Positions 23,735 through 36,312 of a stretch of 64,000 bases of DNA are shown piece after piece. Position numbers and translations under genes: made by a program. Source of the stretch: Vicugna vicugna (lineage: Eukaryota). The stretch spans positions 1,116,001-1,180,000 of the forward strand of contig MU058059.1 of the NCBI GenBank assembly GCA_013265495.1. The letters run 5' to 3'. The notes beneath the pieces were generated by a model that was not told the origin of the DNA, made no database searches, and saw only the letters and a list, made by a program, of their open reading frames with translations. Every line of letters starts with the position of its first letter. The first letter of the stretch is position 1.

Positions 23735-24380
23735 TGTGTTTGGAATCCAGCCATGCTCACCTGCCTCTCAGCTGCCTTCCTAGCTCAAGCCACTGTGGTC
23801 CCTCGCTCAGACTCCTGCAGTATCCTTCTGAGCCATCTTTCTGTTTCCACCCTTTTAAAATGATTTCCCAGACACCAGTCGGAGCACTCTTTTAACATTT
23901 GCTTCAACCTGATCATATGACTCCCCTGCCAAAGCCTCCATCACAACTGGAAGAAAGCCCACATTCCTTCCCTAAGACCTCAGCCTCCTTGTCTCAGCCT
24001 CTGTCCATCTCTTCAACTGTGTCTCTCAGCCCTCCATCTCTTTGGTTCTCTGAGACTCAGCAGTTCTGCCCATCTGTCCTTCAATTCTGGGTATTCCTGC
24101 CACAGTGCCTCGCACGTGCTCTTCTCTGGTCGGGAGAGCTGCGTTCCAGGCACTTGTATGCCTGCGTCTTCCTCCAGTTGAGTAATCAGCTCAAGGGCCA
24201 CCCCTTCATCTCATTAAATTATAGGCTGAACTGTACGAAATCGCTGACATTTCCTGACCTACACTTGACCTAAAAAAATGGCAACTTTCCCTGATTCAGC
24301 CTAATAATGCTCCCAGCCACTCCTCCATCACCATGTTGTCTGTATAATCTTTTATTCTATGTTTTGCTATCTGCCCATTA
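23735..24380 (+). mobile_element. L2 fragment
   Basis: ggaatccagcc...ctagctcaagccac...cctgatcatatgactcccctgccaaagcctcca. Confidence 0.7.
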
Positions 24381-24399
24381 AGCAGGTATGAGTCCATGT

Positions 24400-24500
24400 C
24401 AGGAGTGCAAACAGATTCCATCTCAGGTGACAACTCTTATCGATGGGTATGACCTGTTGATGCCCTGTGTTGAGAAGGATTCTGAGGTTGCATTTGCTCT
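24400..24500. mobile_element. MER102-like hAT fragment
   Basis: gccctgtgttgagaaggattctgagg motif; family name tentative. Confidence 0.45.
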
Positions 24501-24584
24501 GTCTCCCTCCGTGATGCAAACCTGATCTGAAGATGGGTGGGGGCAGGGATCTCAGACACTGGTGTCGCCTTGTACCAAGTCTTA

Positions 24585-24720
24585 GTCCGAATTCTGCAGC
24601 TTCGGGGCTGCATGACCTGCAGACAAGTTACTTGGTTTCTTAAACTTCAGCTTTGTCACAGTAGCGCGGAGGATCATTGCTCCCTCTCAGCGGAGTTGCC
24701 GCAAGAATTAAACGCCTCGG
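24585..24720 (+). mobile_element. MIR fragment
   Basis: gctgcatgacctgcagacaagttactt...cttcagctttgtc...gaattaaa. Confidence 0.55.
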
Positions 24721-24781
24721 ACTTGCAGGTGTTCACTAACTACTAGCCCCTAAAGCCGTGAGCCCAGTTTCCCAGAGCTGC

Positions 24782-25222
24782 TGTAAGGGTTAGATAACTT
24801 CGGGCCTGCAGGTGACCCGCGGTTCCCAGTTCATGGGAGGCACTTCAGAGAAGCAGGTGTTATGGATAGTCATTACTGATGGGTACCAATCAGTCCGGGC
24901 AAGGCAGACAAGGGAACTAGGGATTCAAAACAAGGGGCTCCAAAGACCTTGAAGACCAGTAAACCTGCCCCCCCACCCCTCTTCTCATGGGCAAATGGGG
25001 GGTTTCGAAAATGAGCGAGCGTGCACACCTGCAAAATGGAAAATTGCATCGGGAGTGTTAGAGTCCTTAAGGCCACCTGCGGACGCGGCTCCTTTGCTGG
25101 CTGCAGATGTCCTGTCGCTCTGTCTTGTCAACTAATAAAAATGTACCACCTGCTGTGACTCCAGAGTGTCCTGTGAATTCTTTCATGGAGGACTGTGGGT
25201 TGTTGACCCCTTACCAGCAACA
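24782..25222 (+). mobile_element. Putative solo LTR, family unrecognised
   Basis: Starts TGTAAG, ends CAACA; CCAAT at ~24887; AATAAA at 25134 followed by U5-like text. No clean TSD. Confidence 0.45.
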
Positions 25223-26179
25223 GTGACCTCCCACAAGCCGTTGTACGGTGGGTGTTGGCCCACAGGTTGGGCTAAATTCAGCTGGGTGATTCTGTTCCTA
25301 CAAGGAGCCGGCCCTCTTAGAGCTGACCAGACCCCCCACGCCAGGACTTCTGCCCGAGGCCCAGGGCACGTGGGCAATGCTAGGCGACCTCACGGTGGGT
25401 AAGCGGGGACCCCAGCACCCTCACCCCTGCTGCCGCCCTGCCTGCACATAGTAACTCCTTGGTCACCAGCAACACGCCTTTGCTTTATGAACACGCATGA
25501 CAGCACGCCTTACAGGATGAAACAAACATTTCCCCGTCTTTGCAGACCATGAAATTACTCACATTTTAATCTACTTGTTGTATTGAGGAAAGAGGCTTCT
25601 AATTTAATAGGTTCCACCAAAGTAAGTCATTCATAAACATGTTTTCAAACTCTGGGAAGGCAGATGAAAGAGCGAAATGATGTGCTCGGAAAACGCAGCC
25701 AAGTCGTAGCGTGGGGACTCAGGCTGTGAGGATGCCCAGCCCTCCGCCGCAGGCTGGCTCTGGAATTGGACAGCCTTATAAAGCAAAGGCTCCCCTGGGG
25801 ATGTCAGGCTCCTGTCCCCCGAGAGAGGCAGGACCATTTCCCCATGCTCTTAGGCCAAACGCCAGCTGGACCGAAATAGGCACCTACAGATATATATGTC
25901 CTAATCCATTTCCCAGCACCAAATTAGAGACTTCCTGTCACCACACAGAACCCAGAACGAGAAGATGTCACTGCATTCTTCCTGTATCTCATCGTGTGGC
26001 AGAGTCTGATCAGCACCTGCTGAGCTGCTGGAGAGCTCTGCTCCCAGAGAGGCGGGACATGCCCGAGGTGATGGAGGGGCCTGGGACGTGTTCAGGCTTC
26101 TCTGACTCCTGGAAATTACTCCACGGATGACCCAAGAGTTTGTTTAAGGTATTCATTGTCCAATTGAATCTTAAGTCTA

Positions 26180-26295
26180 TTTTTAAGGTATAGTTTACAA
26201 ATATGAGGTGCACACATCTTAATGACGTAGCTTGATGAATTTTGTACCTGACTGTGCAGCCGTCATCCAAGGCAACATTCAGGACAGACCCATCA
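26180..26295 (-). mobile_element. Old L1 3' fragment
   Basis: ttttaaggtatagtttaca...tgcacacatctta...agcttgatgaatttt. Confidence 0.6.
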
Positions 26296-26298
26296 CCT

Positions 26299-26621
26299 CA
26301 GTCTGCACCTGAAGCCCTGAGAAGCAGGGGAGAGACGGTGTAAGGCCCTGCCCGAGGGCAGGAGACCCATGTCCCAGCTCGGGTGGGCGGCCGGGCGGAG
26401 GAGGATGAATTCTGTCTCCCTCCAACTTTTGTTCCTGTCAGGGATGGGATGGTGCCCTCCCACACTGGGCGGGGGGGAGCCACCTGCTCCACAGAGCCCA
26501 CTGATTCAAACGCTAATCTCATCCAAAAACACCCTCACAGATATACTCAGAAACGATGTTTGACCAGACACCTGGGCATCCCTCTGCCCCGTGAATTTGA
26601 CAGGTAAAACTAGCCATCACA
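26299..26621 (-). mobile_element. MLT2 (ERVL) LTR portion
   Basis: ctgattcaaacgctaatctcatccaaaaacaccctcacaga...gacaggtaaaactagccatcaca is the MLT2 5' end in antisense. Confidence 0.88.
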
Positions 26622-26787
26622 AGCAGAATCTGCAGCAGCTATGACCTGAGCAGGCAATGTCACAATTCTTGGCCAAACAGACAGGTTATTTGGTTTGGGT
26701 CAATAAACTCGATGCTACAATTTGTTTTCCTGTCTGGGGCAGGGTGGGGGAAGGGTATGGGCGGAGATTTGCCTTTTCTTCCTCAAT

Positions 26788-26998
26788 CCCTAGGCACCGG
26801 GCTCTGTCACACAGCCTCTCATTTAATCTCCACCCTGTCCCTGGATGGGAGGGATTTTTATCTTCATTTTTCAGATGATGCAGTCGAGGCTCAGAGAGGT
26901 TAAATGACTTTCCCATGGCCACACAGCAGGAACAGAGTGACTGTTTCACTAAGATCTGCCTCCCTTCAAAGCCAGAACTCAGTCTATTACACTATGCT
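26788..26998 (-). mobile_element. MIR
   Basis: ctcatttaatct...ttttcagatgatgcagtcgaggctcagagaggttaaatgactttcccatggccacacagc. Confidence 0.88.
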
Positions 26999-27712
26999 CT
27001 CTCTCCAAAGCAGATGTTTTTGTAACACATTTAAATAAATTAATGTTACTTGCTTTAAAAAACACTAGTGTTTCAAAAGCCAGAATTCCCCTTAATGTAC
27101 AAGATGAATCAATGTTGTACAAAAATTATACTGCATACTCTCTGGACAACAGTCATCATTTTTATGAGGTGCCCTCATCTGCAGAAGAATGTACGTCTAT
27201 GGATTCAAGAACCTGGAAGACAGTATTAGTTTAATTAGAAAACAAATCAAATGGCTGTCCACTTAGATTCTAAAGGAATGACAAAAAGCAAATGGGAAGA
27301 CCCATTTTGAAATCTCAGCTCCTCGAGTATATTAGGATTTGTCCACATCCAATATCTCTTCTTTCCAAATCTACATGAAGAATCTAATAACTGGCATTCA
27401 GGAATGAGGGCCAAGATTTACTGCTGAACTTTCTGTCCTCAGAGTAAGAGCCTGCCATGCTCAGTCTCCCATGCTCACAAAGACAGGAACGTGGAGGAGC
27501 TCATCTGGGAGGCGTTTTCAATCACAAGGATGGACGCCACAAGGATGTCTTACTTAACCCTCAGTTTCATAGAATATGGAATAAATCAAACCACCCTGTT
27601 GCCCAAACATTTCTCTTAATCAAGGTTTTGCTGTCCTCCCAGATTTGCTGTTTTTTTTTTTAATCAAATGCATCATTCTGGCGACATGGACAAATACAGA
27701 AGAAAAGGCTGA

Positions 27713-27826
27713 TGTAACGGAAAAGAATCTGATTGTATATGTATATGAATCACTTTGCTGTATACTTGAAACTAGCATTGTAAATCAGCTACACTTCAGT
27801 AAAAAAATAAGAATTAAAGAAAGAGA
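27713..27826 (+). mobile_element. Very short L1 3' end with 15-bp TSD
   Basis: gaatcactttgctgtatacttgaaact...gtaaatcagctacacttcagtaaaaaa; TSD agaagaaaaggctga at 27698-27712 and 27827-27841. Confidence 0.88.
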
Positions 27827-27940
27827 AGAAGAAAAGGCTGAGACAGGCTGGGAGACCAGTAAAAAAATAAGAATTAAAGAAAGAGAAGAAGAAAAGAATT
27901 AAAGAAAGAGAAGAAGAAAAGGCTGAGACAGGCTGGGAGA
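27797..27940. repeat. Compound tandem duplication (60-bp unit; second unit has an extra 25-bp internal repeat)
   Basis: cagtaaaaaaataagaattaaagaaagagaagaagaaaaggctgagacaggctgggaga is repeated exactly. Confidence 0.92.
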
Positions 27941-29544
27941 GTCAATGACTCTACCGGTCAGAGTGCAGGAGAGGCTGGGAGGAAGCTGAATGCAGCGTCA
28001 ATTAACCTCTCAGGATTATGTACCTGGCTTTTGTGCTTTTTTTTTTTAAGCTGGGGAAATAAGCATCTTCACATCTCTTCGTGGAGAGCCAGCAGGAATG
28101 CTCCCTTTGTCACTGAGGAATGTCACCCATATCCGCCAGTGACAGACGGTTCATCCTCCTGGGAGCCCCAGTCTGATATTTTGTTCCTAAGAGATTGGCT
28201 TTGTGGTTTTTGAGGTTGCCCTTTGTTTTATAATCTGAAACACTCAACCTGCTCATTTCTAGTTTGTAAAGCAAAGGAGGTGTTTTGGGTTCTAATCCCC
28301 TGAGGAATGAAAGCAGACAGAAGGAACTGGGAAATGGGTGGATTCTGCGCACCCCGAACAAGCACAGCCTCCAGACGCCAGGCTCAGGGCACCTGCGTGG
28401 TTCAGCGAGGCAACGGCCTGGCGGCGTCCTTGGCGTAATTAGCCCGCGCAGCTCATCGTACGTCTTTGGAAGAGAATCCTCATCAGGATTCGGGCTCGCG
28501 GGGATATCTCATCCTGTCTTTCTGGCCACATGGAATAATTTCGTAGGTCCCGAAGCCGTGAGTTGCTGAATCTCTCGTGGCAAATTCAACAAAGTCATAA
28601 ATAGTCTTTGAGCACCTTCTGTGCACCAGACTAGGCGTTAGGACTTCGACAGCAGACCACAGTGGGTCCCAAACTTCAGGGGACCCACCTGAAAGCAAAG
28701 TGATGTCTGCCAGGCTGAGGCCACCAGTCCCAGAGAGGTGAGCCTGAAGAGGCTTTGTCCCCGAGCGATGGGTGACCTCAGGGCACCACACAAAGCTTGC
28801 TCACAAGCTCCTCGTGGGGAGGTTACCAAGGACACGATGTACAGAGAATGGATGCATATTTCCGGGGCACTAAGCAAAGAGCAGAATGACCTGATACCCT
28901 CAACCACTTCACACACTGGGCCGAAGAGATACCGATGACAGCTACGGCCCTCTGCTTTTCTATGTGAAAGCTTTTCTTAAACATTTACACATTCCTCAAA
29001 CATCACACACGTACATTTCTTCAAAGCCATCTTCTTCAAATCTCTATGTGCCGTAGACTCTAGGTGTCCTCCTGATTCCACATGGGGCACTTTCAGGACC
29101 TATTAAAGTTTGTTTGGATTGACAAGAGTCATCTTTGGAAGGCAGGTAAGTAGGTTATTTGTGATGGAACCAGCAGGCTTGGATATGGAGTTAAAAAGGT
29201 CCACTGGACTGGAAGAGAAAGGGGACGAAGGAGTAGGAACTACCAGCGTGGCTAGTGAGCTGGAGAGAAATCCCGGTTTGGCAGAGGCTGGAGGAGCAGA
29301 TGGTCCAGCAACACAGGCACACGCACCCATGTGGGAGAGGAAAGAGCCAGCTACAAGGTACCAAAGCCCACCCAGCCATGATCGGCTTGGGGGAAAGCCC
29401 AGATGGGTTGATCCACTGAATCAAGGGACCTAAAGGATGGGCTGGAGGGGGCTGTCCCATTGCTTCAAAACTGGAGCAGGAACACCCAGTGTTTGTTGGG
29501 ACCCTATTATGTCTTCCAGGGGAGGAAACTGGGTTCACAGACAG

Positions 29545-29710
29545 TTTAGAGGGCAAATTCTGATTCCCCATTTGCTGGCTGCGGGACTTCAGGAAAGTTA
29601 CTGAATCTCAGTTTCTCATCTGTAAAATGGGATGACAGTATCAGCCTGAGAAATCGATCTGAGGATTAAATGGACAGTGTAACGTATGTAGGTGGTCAGC
29701 ATTTGGTGAC
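29545..29710 (+). mobile_element. MIR
   Basis: aagttactgaatctcagtttctcatctgtaaaatgggatgacagta...gaggattaaatg. Confidence 0.85.
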
Positions 29711-29995
29711 TGTCAGCTGCTCCGCAGCCCAGGGCGTGTACAATGCCACAACATCATGGTGAGAAGTCCGCATAACTAATCTTTGAAGCCCCTAGCTCGC
29801 CGGCCGCTGCATCCAGCCCTGGAAGCTGGGTGCTTCTTTCCCCACAGTGGACTATTTCTGCTCCTTTGTACGTTTTCCTTCCTCTGATCCCACTCAGCCT
29901 CTTTCCAGGACACCATGCACATCAGAATGGCAGCACACAGTGGCCCCAGGGACAAGTCGAGCTGTGTCATTTCAACTCCTGGTCTGAGCGATTCC

Positions 29996-30108
29996 AACTG
30001 TGAGCTCTTGGAAGGAGGCAGTTAGGTCTCCTTTATTTTTGCATCTTCAGACTTGGACCCTCGAAGTGCTCCTCCCCCGCCCACGTACATGTTACCGGAT
30101 GAATGACC
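29996..30108 (+). mobile_element. L2 3'-end fragment
   Basis: actgtgagctcttggaagg...tttatttttgcatc...gatgaatga. Confidence 0.5.
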
Positions 30109-32654
30109 AGTTAGGGCACCCACTTGCCCAGGCCCTGCATTTCAGGTCTGGTGTGGACCTGGGGCTTGTGAGTTTCCACGGAGGCGGGTGAGGAGGCACT
30201 GCTGGCCAGCGTGCTCCGGTGGGTGGGGATCCTGGATTTAGCTGTCGGCCTCCGAACCAGACTCTGGTTGCAAGCCATCCCTGGTGGGTGCTTTATGCAC
30301 ACATCAAAACCACAACCTGGATAAGCAGATGCCTGGCGGCAGCAAGCTGCCAGATTTCAGATGGCAGCCGTGCCCGGTGGGCACCTGGAGCACATGTCCC
30401 CGTTACACCTGAGACATTCTGTCAGGCGCGGACATAAACCTTCCCTCTTCCTGGGCAGTGAAAGAACAGAGCTTCTGAAAAGGGATGGAAAAACAAATCA
30501 AGCAGGGCTGCACTAAGGACAGTTCTCCCTCTTTCCTCATAAAACAAAATGAGACCGGCTCTGCTACTGCATGTGAGCCAGTCCCTGGTCAGCGCCAAGG
30601 TGACTGGTTAAACGCTGGAGGGAAGAGGTCAGATCCCCAAGGAGAAACAGTAAAACCTGGGGAATAGCCTCTCATCAAAAGTGAGGTAGGAAATAAAGAA
30701 CGCTTTCAGATTTCCTGTACACCGGATGCTAAAATAGTCAGTCGTTTGGCTATCGCCACATTATCCATCCAATTAACCTTGCTTCGTGCCGCTTACTGCC
30801 TTCAGCGGGACTGGTGTGTCACAAAGCCAGATGAAATGCCTCACTGCAGCCGATGGTGCCAGACAAGAGAGAAACACAGGCTCTGAGTTCCTGAGTTTGA
30901 AAAGAAGTGAAGTTCAACTCTCAAGGTATGAAGGCAGCGATAACCTATGATTTGGTTGCAAACAATATGATTTTCATTTTATCAGCAACATAAATTTGTC
31001 AAAATCATCAGCATGTGTGACTCCGTATCCTGATTAACAGTGATACTGGGAAATGAGTTTCAGCATTCCGCGGTTGAAATGACCCCATTAGAAATGAAGC
31101 AAAATTGGTACGCTAAAATGTTTTCTTGAAGAAAGGTTACTTTTTGAATAATGTCCACTGAATCCTATTATGTTTTTGTTTCAATTGCTTTATAAATAGA
31201 GAAACAGATGTTTTTCTTGCAGCAATTCTGCTTTCTCGCAATTAACATTTTTTTTGCTAAAGGTAAGAAGTATAAAGGACAAATTAAATGTATTATTAGC
31301 CCAACCGCTGCTGTGTTTGAACATTTTCAGAAGCTGATTTTATAAACATTTTATTACCAAAAAAAAAAAAAAAGACATGGAGGAGGGAAATTACCAAAAT
31401 ATCCCGGTAACTATTAAGTCTTTGGGGTATTTTTCCAACTTGATTTATCTGTTTAGTCATCAATTTATCTTTGGATGTAACAGGAACATTTCTCACAACT
31501 CACTCCTCTACAACTATGACTGTGGCTGAAATTATTATTACTATGTCTCCTTTCAAGGATCTACATGAAAAACTCATTAAAATTTTGGCAAGATAGGACA
31601 GAATCCAGAAAAAATTCAACTTTGTATTTCTGTTTCAAATAAATGGGGTTTAAACACTAGTCCATCAGCAATCTTTAGCCAAAGCAAGGTGAAAACTTTG
31701 CAAACTATTTCCTAAAGTCTGTGGAATTTATCTCTGTTTTGAAGAGGGAAAAAAGGGAAGTGGTTCCCATTTAAATGTTTTCCAAAGTCACTGGAAAATA
31801 AAACACCTATTATATTTGTGCTACTTATTTCAGCCTTGGGAAGGAAATGACAGAGTTCAACCTTTTCACATAAAATATGATCCCGTAACTTATAAACCTG
31901 ACTATTACTACTTATGGAAAATGAGACATTTTCCTGACGTGGTTTGTAATTTAAGTATATGTGAGAGTCAAAGTGATGTGAGAGCCTAGGATAAATCACA
32001 GCAGCTCTGGCCTTAGTAATAAAGGGAATGTATTGCATTAGGTGGTGGCTCGTGCCAGCGAGCCCAGGTTTGAACAACAGGAATGCCAGGGTGCATTTAT
32101 GGTGGGAGGAAGGGCCCGGGGCAGGAAATACCTCTCTCCAGGAACAACCAGTGATGAAGATTTAGAGGATGCCCAGGTGATGCAGTGAGGGGACCAGACC
32201 GAGGCTGGGCACTGTCGCAGTGATGTTTCCTCTCTCACCTCCTCATCCCAATAAAGGCTCCCTGCTGGGGCTTTGTAGGGTGTGGGATGTGGTGTCAGCT
32301 GGCTCCACGCCCTCCTCCGTGCTCTACTCGCATTCAGCTGGCAGACCCTAGAGGCAGGAATCTTAAGTGTGAAAGCCTGACACGTTGCAATGTTCCAGAA
32401 TAAATATGTACTGAGGACTTTGCTAGGCATGATGCAGAGCAGAGTACAAGGGAGATTCTGGACCAACAGGAGCTCACAACCGGGTCAGAGAAAGAACACA
32501 GAGAAATAAGCCAGTAACACAAGGTGGGATGTGGCAAATGCCTGAATGAGAAAGCCAAATTATGATGGGAATGAAGAAAAAGAACGGGAAGATGGAGGAG
32601 GAGAAAGCAGAAGTTAACCAATAGATGGAGATCAGGTTTCTGATCTAAAACTAC

Positions 32655-33220
32655 TTTTTAGTTTGAAGTATAGTTGATTTACAGTGTTGTGTTAGTTTCA
32701 GGTGAACAGCAAAGTGATTCAGTTATACATATATTCATTTTCAGATTCTTTTCCATTACAGGCTATTACAAGATATTGAATAGAGTTCCCTGTGCTATAC
32801 AGTAGGATCTTGTTTATCTGTTTTATATATAGTAGTTAGTACCTGCAAATCCCAAATCCCAATTTATCCCTCCCCAACCATTTAGCCTTCTGTGACCATA
32901 AGTTTGTTTTCTATGTCTGTGAGTCTGTCTCTATTTTGTAAATAAGTGCATGTGTGTCCTTTTTTAAGATTCCACATATAAGTGATATCATATGATATTT
33001 TTCTTTCTCTTTCTAGCTTACTTCACCTAGAATGACAATCTCTAGCTCCTTCCATGTTGCTGCAAATGGCATTATTTGATTCTTTTTTATGACTGAGTAG
33101 TATTCCAGTGTATACATACACACAACTTCTTTATCCAGTCTTCTGCTGATGGGCATTTAGGTTGCTTCCATGCCTTGGCTGTTGTAAACAGTGGTGCTGT
33201 GAACATTGGGGTGCATAGAT
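32655..33220 (-). mobile_element. Cetartiodactyl-type L1 3' end
   Basis: ttgaagtatagttgatttacagtgttgtg...; ORF2 remnant [32 protein letters not shown]. Confidence 0.93.
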
Positions 33221-33564
33221 TACAGATTCTAAGTCTTTTTGTTCCTCCTTGTATCCATATTCTGCCCATCATTCAATACCTGGCTGAGACAGCACTCTGT
33301 AAAAAGTTGCTCAGTGACTGTAGGCTGAATACCTGAATGTGGACAGAACGGCTGACTTGGGATTGTGTGTGAGGGTCGGTAGAGGTGGTGGGCACAACTG
33401 AAGGAGGATTTCTCAGCAGAAGGAACACCAGAGCAGAGGTGAGGCTGGTTAGAAAGCCCCAGAATGCTGCTGGGGAGGGAGGAGGGGAGAGGAGGTTAGA
33501 AACTCTGAGGACAGATGGTAGAGGACTGTGACCCACTTTGTCATCTGGTTCAATTACATCCCTC

Positions 33565-34075
33565 CATCAGGACCAGCTGTGATCTGTTATCCCCTCCTCT
33601 GGGGTCCCCCTGGACCTCCAGGCTGGGTTAGGTGCCCCAGCTCCCCTCCACCCCGTGCTCATCTCACACTTGACCACGTGTGATTCACTGGCTTGTCCCA
33701 GTCTAGGGGAGACCGTGCATCTCTGTGCAGAAGAACTGAGATGTCGTTCACCAACAAAGTCTCGGTGCCAACCAACAGCAGTGGAGTGAACTCCTGAACA
33801 CTAGCCGTGGGTCCCACTGACGTTTCTGAAAGAGGAATGGAATGCAATTGGAGCTGTGCTTCCAGAAGGTCTAGTGGAAGCAGGAGACAGGTCGTCTGAT
33901 GCGAAGATAACCTTGAAGGTGGACGTCTGTGGAAGAGCTCACAGCAAAATCCAGGGCTGCTGTGATAAGGGCGGAGGGCTGGGTGGCGGGGGCGGGGGTG
34001 CGGATGATGGCGAGCGCGGCGGAACCCAGCAGAACAACCCACGGAACTCGGTGACTGAGAGCAGGTGAACACAGG
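33565..34075. mobile_element. Degenerate L2 fragments (+ ~33565-33800; - ~33850-34075)
   Basis: ccaggctgggttaggtgcccc (L2c-like) and ggagctgtgcttccagaagg...atccaggg...gataagggc. Confidence 0.45.
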
Positions 34076-35059
34076 CCAGAGCGGAAGGCCCAGGCCGACG
34101 GTCTGACGGCGGCGGTGAGAAAGAAAAGGAGAAGAGGAGACTGTGTCTCGTGGGAGGAGCTGGGAGGAGGAGGGGGTCAAGGCTGGAGGGAGGAGGCGGG
34201 GTCTAAAGGGAGACTGACCGCAGTGGCGCATCGCCTACTAGCAGATGCATTGGAGGGAGGGCTCTCCAGGGGGAGGGCGTTCCGGGGGGAGGGGCACGAC
34301 TCCTGCAGGTCCTGCAGCCGCAGAGTGAGAGCAGTTCTCAGCCCTTCCTCGCGGAAGCAGCCCAAAGTGCCCCCGCGTCCTTCAGACTTCTGCTCACCCC
34401 GCAAGGAAGCTGTTTTCCCAGTCTATAGAGAATGGAAAGTCAAAAAGTTCTTTGCATCTTAACAGGGAACAATAAATAACTGTAATTTCCAAAAGCCTGT
34501 TTCTCCTGAGGGAACGTGCACAACTATTTCTTGGCCAGCGTGCCACTGGTTTGCTTTGCCTTCTGCTGGAAAATGGGGCAGAGACAACCTGTTGGGTTTA
34601 TTTTTAGTTCTTACAGGGATGAATGACCATCCCCTGTGGTTTAACGATTATTTGAGTCTCCCTTTGGGCAGCAACCTGCAAAATCAATCTATGGTTAGCA
34701 CAGCTTAGCTGTTCAAAAGTGATTATTTTCACTTATATTTCATGAAAGGGGAGGCAGCGGGCTGGCACCGAGGGAGGGAGCTTGCCCCAAAGTCCAAGGT
34801 GTGGAGGTCTCAGCCACGCTGGGCCTTGAGGGGGGGTCACCTGGTTCTGGACTCTGGGAGGGGCAGGCATCCTCTCTGTGCCTCCACTTATCCATCTGTG
34901 AAATGGGATGCTGCCTGCCTCTTGCTCCCCTCGCAAAGAAGGCACAATGACATATAGATCCTAAAAGAGGTTTTTCTTTCCAGTCCCTAGAAAGAAGTGC
35001 TTGGAACTGCATGAACTAACTTAAAAAGATGTCCAGCCAAAAAAAAAGTTGTAAATATA

Positions 35060-35305
35060 TACTGTGTGTATATGTACTGTACACATTGTATATAAAATAT
35101 ATACATGCTATGATCCATTTTATAAAATAATGGTAATTACTTTGTAGATATTCATGTATCCATTAAAAACTCAAAGAAGTCCACATAAAATAATTGATTA
35201 TTTCTGGGGTGTGTGATTACAGGGAACATTTGCTTTTATTTCTTAGATTATTTTTTACCATTTGTGTTTTCGCAAGCTTGCATTTCTTTCAAAACCAGAA
35301 AAAAA
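35060..35305 (+). mobile_element. L1ME-like 3' fragment
   Basis: tatgatccattttataaaa...gattatttctggggtgtgtgattacagggaacattt...aaccagaaaaaa. Confidence 0.55.
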
Positions 35306-36078
35306 GCTTTCTGATGCGGATAGATAAGTGAAGAAGGTTCTCAGTCTGTGGAAGTCTGTTTTGCTCCATCAAGCCACAGATACACTTCACCCTCTCTGGA
35401 AAAGCTGACACAGCCCAGGTTGCAAGACCTCGGATGGCCTTTACCCTGGATGATTCACTCTCAGTGTCCCCACTTCCCACCCTGGGGCTCTAGTGCTGAC
35501 CGGCTCTCAGAGGCGGGCTGATGTCAGCTCATGCAGGATGCCCACAGCCGACTGGAGTTGGTCAAAACTTTAAAGCCCACTAAGAATAAGCAAGTATTTA
35601 GAAAAACACATTCCCTTACCTAAAAATGGCTGGAGAGTAAGGTTTTAATTTTTTTTTTATGCCAAGAGTTTTAAAAATTACGATTTGGCAAAATGTGTGT
35701 TTCTCCAAACAGGAATTAAGCACCAGGACAAAGGCAGGCATGTGTTAGAACTGCTCCCCCCAAACCTCCACTTCCTGACCCAGGCTCTGAAGGGCATGGC
35801 AGGGCTTGTCGGAGCCAGTTCAAGCTCTGCTCTCTGCACTGCCTGGGTCTGTTGTGGGTTGGGGTACAATTATGATGAGCTGTGTGAAATTAGTGCAGCT
35901 TTGGTTGCCAATTACTGCTGATGAAGGTGAAAGGAACTGGGCTGTAACTTTTAAGATACTAGGGAGGACGATAAAAATGCATGTTCATATAAACCCTGGG
36001 CATGTGGGGGCTGTGCACCCTCCAAGGAGGGACAGGAAACTCACTCTCAAAACTCCATGCCCAGTTACTGCATTAAAG

Positions 36079-36312
36079 TGGGGGGAGGGTAAATGAGGAG
36101 TTTGGGATTAACAGATACACACTACTATATATAAAATAGACAAACAACAAAGATCTGCTATACAGCACAGGGAACTACATTCAATTTCTTACAATAAGCT
36201 ATAATGGAAAAGAAACTGAAAAAATGTATATATAACTAAATTGCTTTGCTGTACACCTGAAATTGTAAATCAACTACACTTCAATGAAAAATAAAATTAA
36301 GTTAAAAGAAAA
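36079..36312 (+). mobile_element. Cetartiodactyl-type L1 3' end
   Basis: ggagtttgggattaacagatacacactactatatataaaatag...cagcacagggaactacattcaat, A-rich tail. Confidence 0.92.

Noticed and set aside
27797..27940. Direct repeats superficially like a CRISPR array (also 19090-19183)
   Set aside because: Only two units, no unique spacers, no cas genes, eukaryotic context.
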